The notes below the pieces were generated by a model. It saw only the letters and a list, made by a program, of their open reading frames with translations, ran no database searches and was not told the origin of the DNA. A DNA stretch of 64,000 nucleotides from Candidatus Bathyarchaeota archaeon. Its GTDB lineage: Archaea > Thermoproteota > Bathyarchaeia > 40CM-2-53-6. Of the stretch, positions 21,370-33,056 are shown one piece after another. Position numbers and translations under genes: made by a program. The first letter of the stretch is position 1, and each line of letters opens with the position of its first letter. The stretch is taken from positions 1 to 64,000 of the forward strand of contig CAWHWX010000005.1 of the NCBI GenBank assembly GCA_963833125.1. Reading direction: 5' to 3'.

Positions 21370-22272
21370 CTATTCACGTACTCCTCTGTCCACACCTATG
21401 CGTTCGTTGATTTCCTCGACGGCCTTCAACAGTTTGGCGTCATACCCTAGGTCGGTTGCAAACTTCAAGAAAGCACGGAGATCTTTTGGCAAGCATTTGC
21501 CCCCGAATGCTTTGCCATGAATCGTCCCGTAAGTCCCTATGCGCGGGTCCATTCCGGCGACTCGAGCGACTAAGTCGGAGTTGATGCCTAGCGAATTACA
21601 GACATAGTATATTTCATTCCAGTAGGAAATTCGAGTTGCCAGGGCACAATTGAAGGCGTATTTTATCATTTCAGCGGTGACTATATTCGTACGGATAATT
21701 GGTCGATCCAATCGCTCATACAACCGTGCGAGCTGAGCTCCGGATTTTTCGTCCGACTCACCGATGACGATGAATGGCTCATCAGCGAACCCGCGCTCAA
21801 ATGATAAATCGGTTGTCCATGACTTGTGTATCTCAGTCATGAACTCTGGATTGGCGCAAATTCCCAGTTGATCTCCTACCTTTCGACTAGAGTGTTGCTC
21901 CAGAGTTGGTATAACAATTCTTTCAATGGTCTTTGGCACAACTGTGCTCTTAATCACCACCAAATGGTAGGCGGCTCCGCCGTTCAGGCAGTTAGCCAAT
22001 TTTATGGTTGCCGATTCAAGGTAGGTCAGATCGATCGCTCCGTTCACCGTAGGCGTCGGAACGCAGATGAATGACACCACTGAGTCACGTAGGGCATCTT
22101 CAATTGATGATGTTGCAATTAGGCCATCTTTTCGCAGTTTATCAATTCTTGCTGTCGAGACATCGTAAAACCTGACCTCATGACGCAGCTGGAGCAGACC
22201 CATCCCGAGGCTTGTCCCTACCACACCGGAGCCGAGTATGCTGACCTTAGTCATTGCCACCGATTCCGTCAT
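21370..22272 (-). CDS. UDP-glucose/GDP-mannose dehydrogenase family protein (short form)
   Basis: GSGVVG, ICVPTP, IKSTV, NPEF, AEMIKY, FGGKCLPKD. Confidence 0.9.
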   Translation of the reverse strand: MTESVAMTKVSILGSGVVGTSLGMGLLQLRHEVRFYDVSTARIDKLRKDGLIATSSIEDALRDSVVSFICVPTPTVNGAIDLTYLESATIKLANCLNGGAAYHLVVIKSTVVPKTIERIVIPTLEQHSSRKVGDQLGICANPEFMTEIHKSWTTDLSFERGFADEPFIVIGESDEKSGAQLARLYERLDRPIIRTNIVTAEMIKYAFNCALATRISYWNEIYYVCNSLGINSDLVARVAGMDPRIGTYGTIHGKAFGGKCLPKDLRAFLKFATDLGYDAKLLKAVEEINERIGVDRGVRE

Positions 22273-23167
22273 TGAGTGTTTCGTGCTTGCCTGGAGTTTG
22301 AGTTATGCTTCGCAGTTTCTCAAATGTGTCCCGAGCGTGGTCTTCAGAGGATACCCCAACGGTTACTCCAAACAGATTAGGCAAGCTGCCGATATAACTG
22401 ATGGCCTCGTTCAGCCTCAAGTAGCCTCCCGCCATGATGCTCATAGCAACGACGTTCTCATTCTCCATCTTCGACAGACACTCTTCACACGATTGCTTTG
22501 AAGGGTTCATTTGGAAACCGATTGAATTGAATGGTGTCATTACGAGGATGTCGTTGAGAGGCAAATTCATTTCATGTAAATTGCTTACAAGTTTTGGAAA
22601 ATTGCGCGTGACAAATCCCGGCATGGCATGCCATTTCTCTCTGATGTGGCGAATGAACGACTCAAGTATCTCGATTGCTCCGAAACTGATTCCTAGATCT
22701 GTGATAACTTCGTGCAGTAGGACGCTCTTGATATTGTAGTTCCGTGGGATCTGGGATAGTTCGGAGTCTATGTAAGCCATCATTGCTCCAAGTGGGTTGA
22801 ACGTCAAGGCGGAGATGCCGCCATGAACAACTAGTTTAGCTTTCTCGGTAACAGAAAGTTGTGATAATACATCGCTCATGAGCCCAGTTACACCCTTCTC
22901 ATTAATCGTTCGAACATAACGAGCTGCATAGGGCAAGATCGGGTAGAATGCGAATTCCTCTTTGATCTCGTTCGATTCGGCAAGACTTCGCAATAGAGTG
23001 AAATTGCTTGGGTCAGCGGAAAATGTGAAACCGGTTGCGCCGCAAGAAGCGGCTTTTTCGATTACCTTTGCCTTATCCTGGGTGTCCAGGCGTCTGCTTC
23101 TTCCCCTCGCTTGGGATAGATGGCTGATTCCGAGGAATGAGTTATCCCCTATGAGTAGATGCTTCAA
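22247..23167 (-). CDS. Hypothetical protein, probable aldo-keto-reductase-like TIM barrel
   Basis: LLIGDNSFLGISH, PFNSIGFQMNP, AMSIMAGG, VGVSS; overlaps its neighbours. Confidence 0.6.
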   Translation of the reverse strand: MKHLLIGDNSFLGISHLSQARGRSRRLDTQDKAKVIEKAASCGATGFTFSADPSNFTLLRSLAESNEIKEEFAFYPILPYAARYVRTINEKGVTGLMSDVLSQLSVTEKAKLVVHGGISALTFNPLGAMMAYIDSELSQIPRNYNIKSVLLHEVITDLGISFGAIEILESFIRHIREKWHAMPGFVTRNFPKLVSNLHEMNLPLNDILVMTPFNSIGFQMNPSKQSCEECLSKMENENVVAMSIMAGGYLRLNEAISYIGSLPNLFGVTVGVSSEDHARDTFEKLRSITQTPGKHETLNDGIGGND

Positions 23168-24177
23168 CTCGCTCTCCTCCGGAAGTGACTTGGATCGCCT
23201 CTACAAGAAAGTTGACTTTTGCGGCCTCGAGGAAGTCAGGAACCGCCCGAGTTCCATGGTCGATTGCACTCAGGAAGGCTCTGATCTTCCGTTGTGTACT
23301 CTGGATTTGCTAAGAGGAAGGGGACTGAGGTGTCGAATGATTGATTATACAATATTTGTTCCTTCTGGTCTTCGTTACCAGGTTCGATCCTTAACTCGTC
23401 ATCCGTAAGAATCATATTTCCTTCCTTTCCGTGGATTTCGAGCGTTATCTCGGGGAGTCTAAATCCTCGAACACTCCAACAAGCGTCCACATGTCCGCTC
23501 AACCCTGACTCGAAGTCTAGTATGGCATGAACATAATCATCAACGGTCTTGGAGTAGAGACTACGCTTCACGGCCGATACATAATTAACATCTCCAAAGA
23601 GCCATAATAGAACGTCCAGCAGATGCGGGGCCAAGTCAAGCAGTACCCCGCCAACTCCACTTCTAAACCTCCATGATGTCCCCTCGTGGAGTACGTCGGA
23701 TGAGTAAGAGTACGCTCGGAAAAACATCAAATCTCCAATCAGGTTCTCGTCGAGCATTCGCTTCGCCTCGTAAAACAGAGGCGCGTATCTCTTCTGGAAG
23801 CCAACCATGTGCACTCCACGCGAATCCTTCACGGCTTCGCATGTTTTCTTGGCCAAATCTGCGGAGCTAGCCAACGGTTTCTCTACGAATAGGCTGAGGT
23901 CACGTTTAAGATTGGCAAGCTCGACAACGATGGAGGCGTGAGATTCTATCGGCGTCGTTATGAATACTGCATCTAGGTTCTCTTTGAGAACCATGTCGGC
24001 GCTATCCTCATAGAATGATACTTCTTCTGGCAGTATCTTCTTGGCGATCCTTGCCACTAATTTTTCCTTCTCGCAGATCGCTTGGACGCGAGAGTCTGGA
24101 AGTTGGTTTATGATCCCTCGTGTAGGACCCCCATTTTGCCTAGCCCTATTATTCCAACATTCTTCGTATTGGCCCAC
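23142..24177 (-). CDS. Gfo/Idh/MocA oxidoreductase (frameshifts at both ends)
   Basis: FITTPIESH, FVEKPL, MVGFQKRY, GGVLLDLAPHLLD. Confidence 0.85.
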
Positions 24178-24440
24178 TCACGTGAAGGTTTGTGCAGCCG
24201 TCTAATAACGGCGTTGATGAACTACTAAAAATCGAGCGCATTCCGTATGGATTGTCACCTTAATCTCAGAATAAGAAAGAGGTCTCCGCTGTTATTGATG
24301 AGTTTATTGAAAATTCTTAGCCATTCAAACGTGTTCTCTATATTCACGATTTACGCTAATGTGCCCGATCCCCTTTGTATAACGTCCCTCCCCGAATGGA
24401 ACGGGTATCCCAGTCTCTCAACATTGACCGAGGATTGGAT

Positions 24441-25379
24441 GTGACTATTATTTCAAAAGAGGATGTCACTATCGTATTGCCTGTTCTCAACGAGGAGAAG
24501 GGCGTTTCTGCCGTTATTGATGAGCTCCTTGAGAAGGGCTACAGGAACATTTTGGTTGTGGACGGTTACTCGACCGATATGACAGTCCACGCCGCACGCC
24601 AGAAGAATGTCCCAGTTATCGAACAACAAGGCAGGGGAAAGACAGGAGCCATTCAGACGGCAATTGAGCATGTGTCCACCCCCTACATGTTGATTATGGA
24701 TGGGGATTTCACCTACGACGCTGGCAACATCCAGAGATTTCTGCAAAATGCTGAAGGGTTCGATCAGATAGTCGGTGCAAGAAGCACAGGAAACATCAAC
24801 CGTGTACATCAGTTCGGAAACCGGTTGATCTCTAGGGTGTTCAACACGTTGTTCGGGACAAATATTTCTGATGTTTGCTCAGGCATGTACTTGCTCAATT
24901 CGGAATCTGCTAGGCAGCTGGTGTTTCGCACTAAGGGGTTCAGCGTTGAGGTGGAGGTGCTCGCCCAAATGGGTATGCAGGGTAGGGTTACGGAGGTGCC
25001 GATTAACTATCGGAAGCGAATCGGTGAAGCGAAGTTATCAACGGTTGTTCATGGATGGGATATTCTGAAGTCAATCTTTTTGCTTGCTAGGCTCTATAAT
25101 CCCATCTTTCTCTTCTCCATTGTTGCCTTCGGTGCCGCGGTTCCAGGTTTGGGGATATTGTCTTGGGTTCTCTTGATGTGGGCGGTTACTAGGGTGTTCC
25201 ATAGTGGATGGGCATTGGCTGGGCTGATGCTAATGTTACTCGCCTCTCAAGCCTTCATAATTAGCACCATATCGATTCTTCTAAAACGAAGCGAGATCAG
25301 AATCGAGAAATTAGTTCGAACTGATATTGACCGTCGAGAATCAACTGAACTTGAAACGCGAAACGTGACGACTCAATAA
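24441..25379 (+). CDS. GT2 dolichol-phosphate glycosyltransferase (AglJ/DPM1-like)
   Basis: VLPVLNEE, VDGYSTD, MDGDFTY, DVCSG, EVPINYRKRIGEAKL; two C-terminal TMs. Confidence 0.88.
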   Translation: MTIISKEDVTIVLPVLNEEKGVSAVIDELLEKGYRNILVVDGYSTDMTVHAARQKNVPVIEQQGRGKTGAIQTAIEHVSTPYMLIMDGDFTYDAGNIQRFLQNAEGFDQIVGARSTGNINRVHQFGNRLISRVFNTLFGTNISDVCSGMYLLNSESARQLVFRTKGFSVEVEVLAQMGMQGRVTEVPINYRKRIGEAKLSTVVHGWDILKSIFLLARLYNPIFLFSIVAFGAAVPGLGILSWVLLMWAVTRVFHSGWALAGLMLMLLASQAFIISTISILLKRSEIRIEKLVRTDIDRRESTELETRNVTTQ

Positions 25380-25434
25380 AACTGAATAATCCTTATGGCA
25401 TGCACCGTATAATGCCAATGTTTAGTGTGTAGCG

Positions 25435-26515
25435 TTGCAGCAGGTCGTAAAGTGCCAGATATGCGGGCTAGTTCCCGCCAAGACTAACGACATTTTATGC
25501 GAAGCCTGCTCCGCTGGTGTTGATCGGTACTCAAAATTACTTCAAACTCAGCGGAAGAAGACAAATGAATTTATGCTAATGTCTGAACCCACAAAACCTC
25601 GTACTGGCCCTGTTAGCTCCATATTCAGTCGAGGCCCAAGTCTTAATCAATCGGGTGCCCAAGTTACGCAAGGGCTGCTACAGCCGATACAAGATCTGAA
25701 GCTCTCGGAGCTCGAGACAGAGCAGCTTCTCACAGAATCTCAACTGGTGCGGAAACAGAGGCGCAATACGACGCTGGTCGGTTGTCTCCTGTTAGGAATC
25801 GGGTTAGGAGCCCTCGTAGCCGCCATAGTCTTCGCCTCAACAATCCTGACATTCATCGGTCTTGGGTTGACCTTCTGGGGCTCACTGACGCTTCTTCGTT
25901 CAACCGAAGAATTACGTTAGGTCAGATCTGATGAATGCCACGGCAATCTCCTCATTGAAGACGATCGATAAGATGATGATGGGTATGGGTTACAGGGAGA
26001 AGGGGGTCTACATTCCATCACACGATTCCGACAAGGCGGTTGTGTTCGTTCCCTCGGAACCATTCTCCATGATCCCGCAATTGTCCAGCTTCGAAGACGA
26101 CCGAACATTCCTCAGCAGCCCCGCGGGGCTCTTGGTTCCACCACCCGGACTCGCGCTCGCAGGTTTAATCGAGAAGAAACTAGGGTTCAAACTGAAGAAC
26201 TGTGGGTTAGAAGCCCTAGTGGAAGCCATTCCCAAAGTGCTCGTAGAAGACCTAGAGATCGTCAAGGATGTGGAGATTGAGGTCAGAGAAGATACCGTTC
26301 ACTTCAAACTCCACGACTCAATTTACGCCGACTTTTGTGACGAAGTTCGCGACACTAGCCGACGGTGCGGGCTGGGTTGCCCAATGTGCAGCGCGCTTGC
26401 ATCCATCCTCGCAATCGCAACAGGCAAACCTGTTCTCTATGAAGAAGATAAAACATCCAAGGACGCAAAAGTCACTGAATCAGTCTACCAAATAATCAAC
26501 CGATCCCGACTCTAA
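25435..26515 (+). CDS. Membrane protein with N-terminal Zn finger and C-terminal V4R-like Cys domain (frameshift near 25900)
   Basis: CQIC..CEAC, two TMs, PPGLAL, GCPMCSALA; ORFs 25435-25920 and 25931-26515 appear to be one gene. Confidence 0.6.
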
Positions 26516-26721
26516 GCGACAATTCCACGCATCCTTCTCAAAATTGGAAATTCGTTCAAGTCACCATCCACGGCCAAGTACAGGTACATCGAAGCTGCTG
26601 AGCGGCCTAACAGCCGCAACTAGCGGCCTACCTAAATTATTGACGAAGTGCTTCTTGAGAAGAAGAAAGGTCGAAGAAAGCGCTAGACGTTCGTACTGGG
26701 ATTGTGTTGTCGGCGAGTAGT

Positions 26722-27342
26722 TCAGTGTCGCTTGGGAATAATTAGAAGGGATCCGGCGACTGCAAGTGCGCTCAACGTAAGTAGCAATGCTTCGACTGGA
26801 GATGTGGCATTTGGCTGGCTCGGGGTTGTGTTGACTGCTTGGCGAGTTAAGGGAGCTACTGGGGTTCCAGCTGGAGGTGCGCTTGTTCCGGGTTGCTGGC
26901 TTGTACTTGTCGTTGAGGGTGCGAATGCGAATGCGCCAATAGAAGTGTCGACGCTTGGAAACACACGGCCATTATCATCCGCTAGACCGTTGGCTTTGAT
27001 GTATATTGTGATTGTACCTGAAAGCGACGTAGGAGGCGTGAAAGAATACGTGTAGGTTCCGGCACTAGTCTGCTTGAGCGTTGCGGTGACTGTTTGGCAA
27101 CTAGTGTTGCTGCTGCAGAGGTCAAGGGTTACTTTGTTTGTGGATAGGACGACTGGTGTTCCGTCAGCGTAGAGTACGCTTATTGCTCCACTGAAAAGGC
27201 TGGGAGCAGCCAAAGCTGGTGCACCAGTGGTGCCCAGTATCGGTAACCCAAGGTTGCCATCGGCACTATTTGCGTACACTGAGCACGACTCCAAGAGCGA
27301 GGAACATTGTAACTAGAACTAATGCTAGCGAAGAGTTTTCAT
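26722..27342 (-). CDS. Secreted, C-terminally anchored cell-surface protein (N-terminal frameshifts)
   Basis: Hydrophobic signal, Ig-like GTYTYSF, S/T/P linker, C-terminal TM plus KRH. Confidence 0.65.
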
Positions 27343-27456
27343 TTACGATCACACAAAACCATAGACACCTCATATATATAGGTTAACCAGTCGGTTCTAG
27401 AGCACCTATTCTTAAGAAAAATCAAAAGTTCAAACGAGTCCGAAATCGACTCGTTC

Positions 27457-29452
27457 TCACCTCCCACCTAGCAACGTGAATATGTTGTGAGGGTCTAGCA
27501 CTAGCGGAAAGAGAGTGCGAAACGCGGCGTTGAACAGCAACAGAGCCAAAACCGTAACAATCATGGCGTCTAAAGTTCGATATTTCGGTAACGCGACAAC
27601 AAGAAACAGAGCCACGATCAACCCCGCGACTACAAGAATCAACCTAAGATTGGGATCCCAGATCACGAACAATCCCACACCAATAGCGACGAATGGCGCC
27701 ATGGAGAGGAGAGGTACGACTCTAGGCAGGATGCTTTTGGAGATTTGAGGAGTTATCGGTTGCTTTGCAATGCTGAGGCATTTCTCCATACCCAACGCGA
27801 GAAGGAACGGAAGTGGGGAGATGTATAGCATTCTCCAAATTCCGGTCGTACTCAGCGCTGGATTTGTTTGGTTGAGCCCCGATGGGGCTACAAGGATTGA
27901 GCCGACGCACCACACGGCGATCCATGCGATTAGGTAGTTTGCCATCATTCCGCGGCGTCGGGAAAGGGCGTACGCCCCCAGAAGGCTGAGTAGCAGAAGG
28001 GTTGGGGCAAGAGCGGGTCCTACAGTAACGAACATGTTTGCCAATGCGTCACCGAACGTCAGTAAACTAGCCGGATTAACAGGAGCGCTAATGTACAATT
28101 GAAGGGTGAGCGTAAAATCAGATCTGAGGCTTGGGGAGAGTGAGTACGCTGCTATTCCGATTGGAAGAGCAAGTACTAGTGAGGACACAAGCGTCCGAAC
28201 GCAATGCTTACTCCAGAGGCTCTGCCTCGAAAGAATCGCTGTCAAGACTAAGGTTGTAACGAAGACACCCCAAGTCCACGGGTGTACGAGCAGAATTATC
28301 AAGGATAAGATGGCTAGGATGATGTAAGTCGTGATTTTCGGTTCATTGTTTGCGAAGTAGATTGCTAGGAAGAGCATCCAGAAGAGAAGTGCAACCCAAT
28401 TAGCCTGGATCCCCACGTAAATTCCGAGAGTCGTTGGCAGCCAGAGCAGGGTGGAGATTGAGGTTAGGATTGCGAGTTGAAAGTTCCATCCCCCACGCAT
28501 GGCCGCAAAGAAGACGGCAGTAGCAGTGCAGAATGCTAGAACGAGAGGGGCATACTTCACGAGTGAAATTGAGCTAACTCCGGTGGCTGATTGAATGAGG
28601 TAGAGGAACATAACGTAGACTCCGTGACTGGCTGATGTGTTGAAGGCTTGGGACGGTGTGAGGCCGACGAGGGCGTTGAGCGGCTGTAATGTACCTCCAA
28701 AAGTCATCCTCACCCACGACCCAAGTTTGTCCCGCAAGGTATGCGTAGAAGAAGATGATGATCGATACGATGGCGAAGAGATCCAACGCTGCCACAATCA
28801 TTCTGAGGCTCGGCTTTTGCGGAGACGGCTGATATCGAACCACTAGGTGACTTCTGAACTTGGGGAGGCGTGGGATGAGTGGAATCCACAACCATGAGAA
28901 CAACAGCAACAGCACAATCGGGATAGCGAGCGGGTAGAGGAAAAAGGTCAGGTTGGTTTCAAGCTGCGAGGAGAGGATCCCAACTCTCGCCTGAGGATTG
29001 ACGGCCGCCGCTACCCAGTAGAAGAGGGACGCCCATTCCACCAAAACAAAAATGGAGAGCGCAGATGGGAGGATCTCTGTAATCACGACTCTACGAGACT
29101 CGGATCCTAGGACGTTCAAAGCAGCCGCACAGATCACAACGGCATAAAGGATTGGAACCCCCAGGGGATGGCTAAGGATTGCCAAAGCAATTGATACCCC
29201 CCAGAGCACGAGAATCCCTATTGAAACAGAGGTTGAGAATCTCTTCCAATCAACCGCAAATGTCCAAGGAACACTCACGCTTGAAATCAGAAACAGGAAG
29301 AAATCATATGGATTGGAAATTAGAATCGTCTGGGTTGTTCGCGGATAGAGGAGATAGTAGGGTATCTGCAGTTGGTTGAGTAGAACAAGTAGTCCTATTC
29401 CAAGGCTAATCCCAGCAGCCCAATGGCACAACTTGCCTCGAAGATCGTTCAT
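27457..29452 (-). CDS. Large polytopic membrane protein (GT-C-like), frameshift near 28690
   Basis: MNDLRGKLCHW start; VGEDDFWRY loop; LVHPWTW; more than 15 TM segments across two ORFs. Confidence 0.7.
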
Positions 29453-29532
29453 GTGTACCCTCGGCCCCAAGTTCGCTTAAAGCGTTTGCACGGAGTACTC
29501 TCAAGTTGTGAGGAAGGTTATGGAGTAGTGTC

Positions 29533-29925
29533 CTAGTAGTGTTCGAGACGAAGGTCAGGTATTCCTGCGAAATGCTTGCTGTTTCGAGTCAAGAGCGGTT
29601 CATTGTTCTGTACGGCGATGCCGGCAATCATGGCATCCTCTGGATCAATCTTGGTTCCTTCTCTGCTTCGTTGGGCGTAGATCGCTCCACCTTTCGACGC
29701 AGATGCCGCATCAAGTGACAAGTGGGGTAGGGACTTGAGAACACTGAGAACCTTCTCCTTCTCCTCGCCCGCCTTTACGCTCAACCCCACGCCAACATAC
29801 AGCTCGAAAATGGTGGGCGTTCCCACTAGAAGAGAGATTGAAGCGTCTGATAGATCCTTAGCCTTTTGAACCGCACCTGCATCCTGCTTCATGATGTCTA
29901 TGATGAAAGTGGTGTCAACCAGCAA
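29533..29925 (-). CDS. vapC: VapC PIN-domain toxin
   Basis: LVDTTFIID, TIFEL, EDAMIAGIA, LLTRNSKHF. Confidence 0.92.
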   Translation of the reverse strand: MLVDTTFIIDIMKQDAGAVQKAKDLSDASISLLVGTPTIFELYVGVGLSVKAGEEKEKVLSVLKSLPHLSLDAASASKGGAIYAQRSREGTKIDPEDAMIAGIAVQNNEPLLTRNSKHFAGIPDLRLEHY

Positions 29926-29927
29926 CT

Positions 29928-30161
29928 CTACTCTAGGACTCCTGCTGTCTGACCGATTCGCAGCGAACTTCGCTTCCTGATTTCCTTCACGCGTCGCTCG
30001 ACAGTAGCGACTTCTCTCCTGGATATTACTCCGGCGAGCTCAAGAACGGAGCTTTTCCGCGTCATTCGTTCGATCACGTCCGTGAAACTTTCACCCGACT
30101 TCTTCAACGCCTTGAGCATTTGATACGCCTCATCTGAAATGGCAATGTTCTTAGTGCCCAT
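29928..30161 (-). CDS. vapB: VapB antitoxin (archaeal VapB family)
   Basis: MGTKNIAISDEAYQMLKALKKSGESFTDVIER; directly upstream of vapC. Confidence 0.9.
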   Translation of the reverse strand: MGTKNIAISDEAYQMLKALKKSGESFTDVIERMTRKSSVLELAGVISRREVATVERRVKEIRKRSSLRIGQTAGVLE

Positions 30162-30169
30162 TTGATTTC

Positions 30170-30189
30170 TGTGTGTGTATGTGTGTGCC
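30170..30189. promoter_or_regulatory. TGTGTGTG direct repeats, possible vapBC operator
   Basis: tgtgtgtgt-a-tgtgtgtgc immediately upstream of the vapB start. Confidence 0.35.
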
Positions 30190-30274
30190 TCAATTTATCC
30201 ATTTTGAAAGCAAATTCAATAGCCTTGCGGTCCGCGGTACTCGACCGTCGCCGTAGAGTTTGAAGTGATTGTTA

Positions 30275-30373
30275 CTAGTAGGGTATCTGCGGCTGGTTGA
30301 TGAGGACAAGTAGACCGATTCCGAGGCTAATCCCTGTAATCCAGTGGCATGACTGAGCTCGAAGGTCATTCAT
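30275..30373 (-). pseudogene. Truncated paralog of the 5' end of the 27457-29452 membrane gene
   Basis: MNDLRAQSCHWITGISLGIGLLVLINQPQIPY-stop versus MNDLRGKLCHWAAGISLGIGLLVLLNQLQIPYY; the upstream promoter region is also similar. Confidence 0.85.
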
Positions 30374-30444
30374 ACCCAAAGGTCGCCCGCAAGTTCGTTT
30401 AAGCGTTTACATGAACCTCAGAAGTTCTGTAAAGTCTTCATCGG

Positions 30445-30636
30445 TTAGCTACCTTCACTTTCACTGTTAACTTTCGTCGGGTGAGTTGCGGCGTAGTTCT
30501 TTTGCGGGACGTTTTGGCAGAGTTTCTGCTTTGATTTGGGATATAAGTAACGGCATATCACACCGTTCATGTAAGGAAGCGCTAACTCGATTTGGGGAAC
30601 GTCTACACGATAAGTGTGTTTGACCTTGTTCGACAT
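30445..30636 (-). CDS. Small hypothetical protein
   Basis: MSNKVKHTYRVDVPQIEL... open frame; no family recognised. Confidence 0.3.
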   Translation of the reverse strand: MSNKVKHTYRVDVPQIELALPYMNGVICRYLYPKSKQKLCQNVPQKNYAATHPTKVNSESEGS

Positions 30637-30790
30637 ACTACCAGTAAGCCTCCTTGTTCTGGGAATGATACTGTTAGTCGCTCCAGCCATTGGGTTATGC
30701 CTAGAAGCGTTTCGTGAGCACCCCTGATTTACCCGCATTCCGTATTAGCGTAAGCCACTTGAAAACCGTCGGACGACGGGTGGGGCTAAC

Positions 30791-32214
30791 TCAAGAGGAC
30801 TGCGATCGGTACACGACCACCACGGTGGAGGCTATTGAAGGGAACGTTAGCAGCAGTGATCTATTGTCCGGAGATGCCTGCGATACAACCGTGGGACCGG
30901 CGTTTGTCTGAATGTTCTCAACAGAATACCCCTCAGGTATCGAAATCAGTACCTGACCTGGCTCGTTCGAGCTGAGAGTCTGCGAGTAGATCAAGGACCC
31001 ATTGTTCAGGTTGTAGGTGGAGGTTTGTGTGATCGGGTTGGTTAGGTCGCGGATGAACGGCCTCACCAGATTCTGTACGAGAACGGTGCGTGCGCTCCCG
31101 TTGTCGTTGAATAGGTCCATCGTGAAGCCTCCTCGAGCGTAATCCCACCACGCTGAACTGATTGAGTACTTGTCGAAGATGGTTAGGCTGTCGTTGATAT
31201 ATTGCGCCACGCCTGGAGCGTCAGCATACATTCCCCATTCACCAATGAAGACCGGCACATTCCACTCGTTTGAGAAGCTAATGATTTTCTGCATATCGAC
31301 GAAAAGGGATGTGGGGTTGTAGGATGTCAGTGAGTCCTGGGGGTAGTGAGGCGCGTAGATTACATCGGGTAGCTGAATTGGCACGTCGTTTTCCCAAAGA
31401 CAAATGTGATTTTGATCAACAGTTCGAATCGCTTCAGTCACGTTGACGAAAAAGGATGTTGGTGCTATTGAAGGTGGTTCGTTGAGCACGTCGTATGCGG
31501 CAATTGCCGACTCGTTACTGTATCTTGACGCCACGTGCTCCCAGGCCGCATAGAATCGCGTAAGCATGGACGGGTTGGAGGGTGAGGGGGTTGTTCCGTT
31601 CGGTCCTAGTCCTGAGAAGAAGTCGTTTAGAAATGCGTTTTGGCCGTCCTCGCTGTTCGGATAGCTCGCCACATCCAGTTCGGTATCCCTGCGCTGAAAC
31701 TTCCGTTGCAGTATGCAAAGTGCGAGGACCAACATGTCTGATGCATATCCAATACGATGTATATGCCGTACTCCTTCGCCCACGAGATATCTTGGTCCAC
31801 GAGGGTTTGCAGATAGGTATCGTTATACTGTCCAGGTTGCGGTTCCAAGTTTTCCCATGAGATCGGTAGCCGAACAACATTGAATCCCCAAGAAGCGATC
31901 GTCGCGTAGTCTGACTGATAATGGGGATGGATGCTTAGGATGGGGGGGACGTATTCGTAGCCGGTCAAGTCGACGCCTCGGAGCACGACGATATTCCCGT
32001 ACTGGTCCACTATCTCCGTCCCATTTGTTCTCAACATCGACAATCCAGTTTGTCCGATCAGGGTGTGAGGAGTGTCTGTTGAAGACTCAATTTGGCTGGA
32101 TGTCCCATTCGTGCTTATCGGGGAATGGTTCGTCCCAAACGTCAAAGCAACTACCGTGATGGCCACAAGGATTATTGTGGCAATGCTGGTTTTGTGAGAT
32201 TTCCACACGGTCAA
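30791..32214 (-). CDS. Glycoside hydrolase family 5 (endoglycoceramidase/cellulase-like), membrane-anchored, frameshift near 31670
   Basis: GFNVVRLPISWENLEP, LDMHQ, YDVLNEP (acid/base), PHYP, FIGEWG (nucleophile), AWWDY; N-terminal TM. Confidence 0.88.
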
Positions 32215-32233
32215 AGCGTCAGACCCTGGCTAC

Positions 32234-32980
32234 TTGGTTCAATATAATATACCGCACACAGATATTGCCAACGCACTATCTGAGGGACGACGGGCCATGG
32301 ATGATTTGGATGCTTTGAGGAAAGTGGCTTGGAACGTGTCTGGCGACATAGCAACCAACCTGTTCTTCCGCCCCCTGTCAATAAGGATAACACGACGGCT
32401 ATCTCGGACTGCTGTAACACCAACGCAAGTCACAGAGTTACTTTTTACCCTTAGAATGATTGCGGCCGCCCTCTTTCTACTCCACATATACTTGGTCTCC
32501 ATTCTTGCGGCGATCCTACTCTACTTCGCTCAAGTCCTCGATTGTGTGGACGGCGAACTCTCACGAGTCAACAAACTCTCAAGTGAAAAGGGCGGCTTAC
32601 TCGACTACTTCCTAGACCGATTCGGCGACTTCGTCCTATACCTCGCCATAGCCGTTGGACTGTACCTTGCGAGCGGAAGAGTTGTGGCGATTGTGTTAGG
32701 GTTGTTCGTTATCGCATCAAACTCCCTAATGACCGATATGTGGCAGAAGGTGAGTAAAGTGAAGCGCAGTGCGGAACCTGAGTATGAGTACAAGAAGTCG
32801 ACCAAGTCGTCCTGGAAGAGTTACCTGACATACGGAGGACCAACCAGCGTTATGATTCTCCTCGTAACCTCTGTTCTCAACCAGATCTTTCTAGGCATGT
32901 TGATCATCGGCGCATGCTGTTTCCTATATACCGTCGCAATTTTCTTTGACACATACCTTGCTCTTCGCAGCGAGAAGTAA
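32234..32980 (+). CDS. CDP-alcohol phosphatidyltransferase family protein
   Basis: TPTQVT, DCVDGELSR...GGLLDYFLDRFGD signature. Confidence 0.88.
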   Translation: MVQYNIPHTDIANALSEGRRAMDDLDALRKVAWNVSGDIATNLFFRPLSIRITRRLSRTAVTPTQVTELLFTLRMIAAALFLLHIYLVSILAAILLYFAQVLDCVDGELSRVNKLSSEKGGLLDYFLDRFGDFVLYLAIAVGLYLASGRVVAIVLGLFVIASNSLMTDMWQKVSKVKRSAEPEYEYKKSTKSSWKSYLTYGGPTSVMILLVTSVLNQIFLGMLIIGACCFLYTVAIFFDTYLALRSEK

Positions 32981-33056
32981 AGAATCCACGGCTAAACCCT
33001 AAAGAACCAAATGTTTGCTTCCACGTGAACCCAAATAATTGCAGGTCGTGTCGAGG

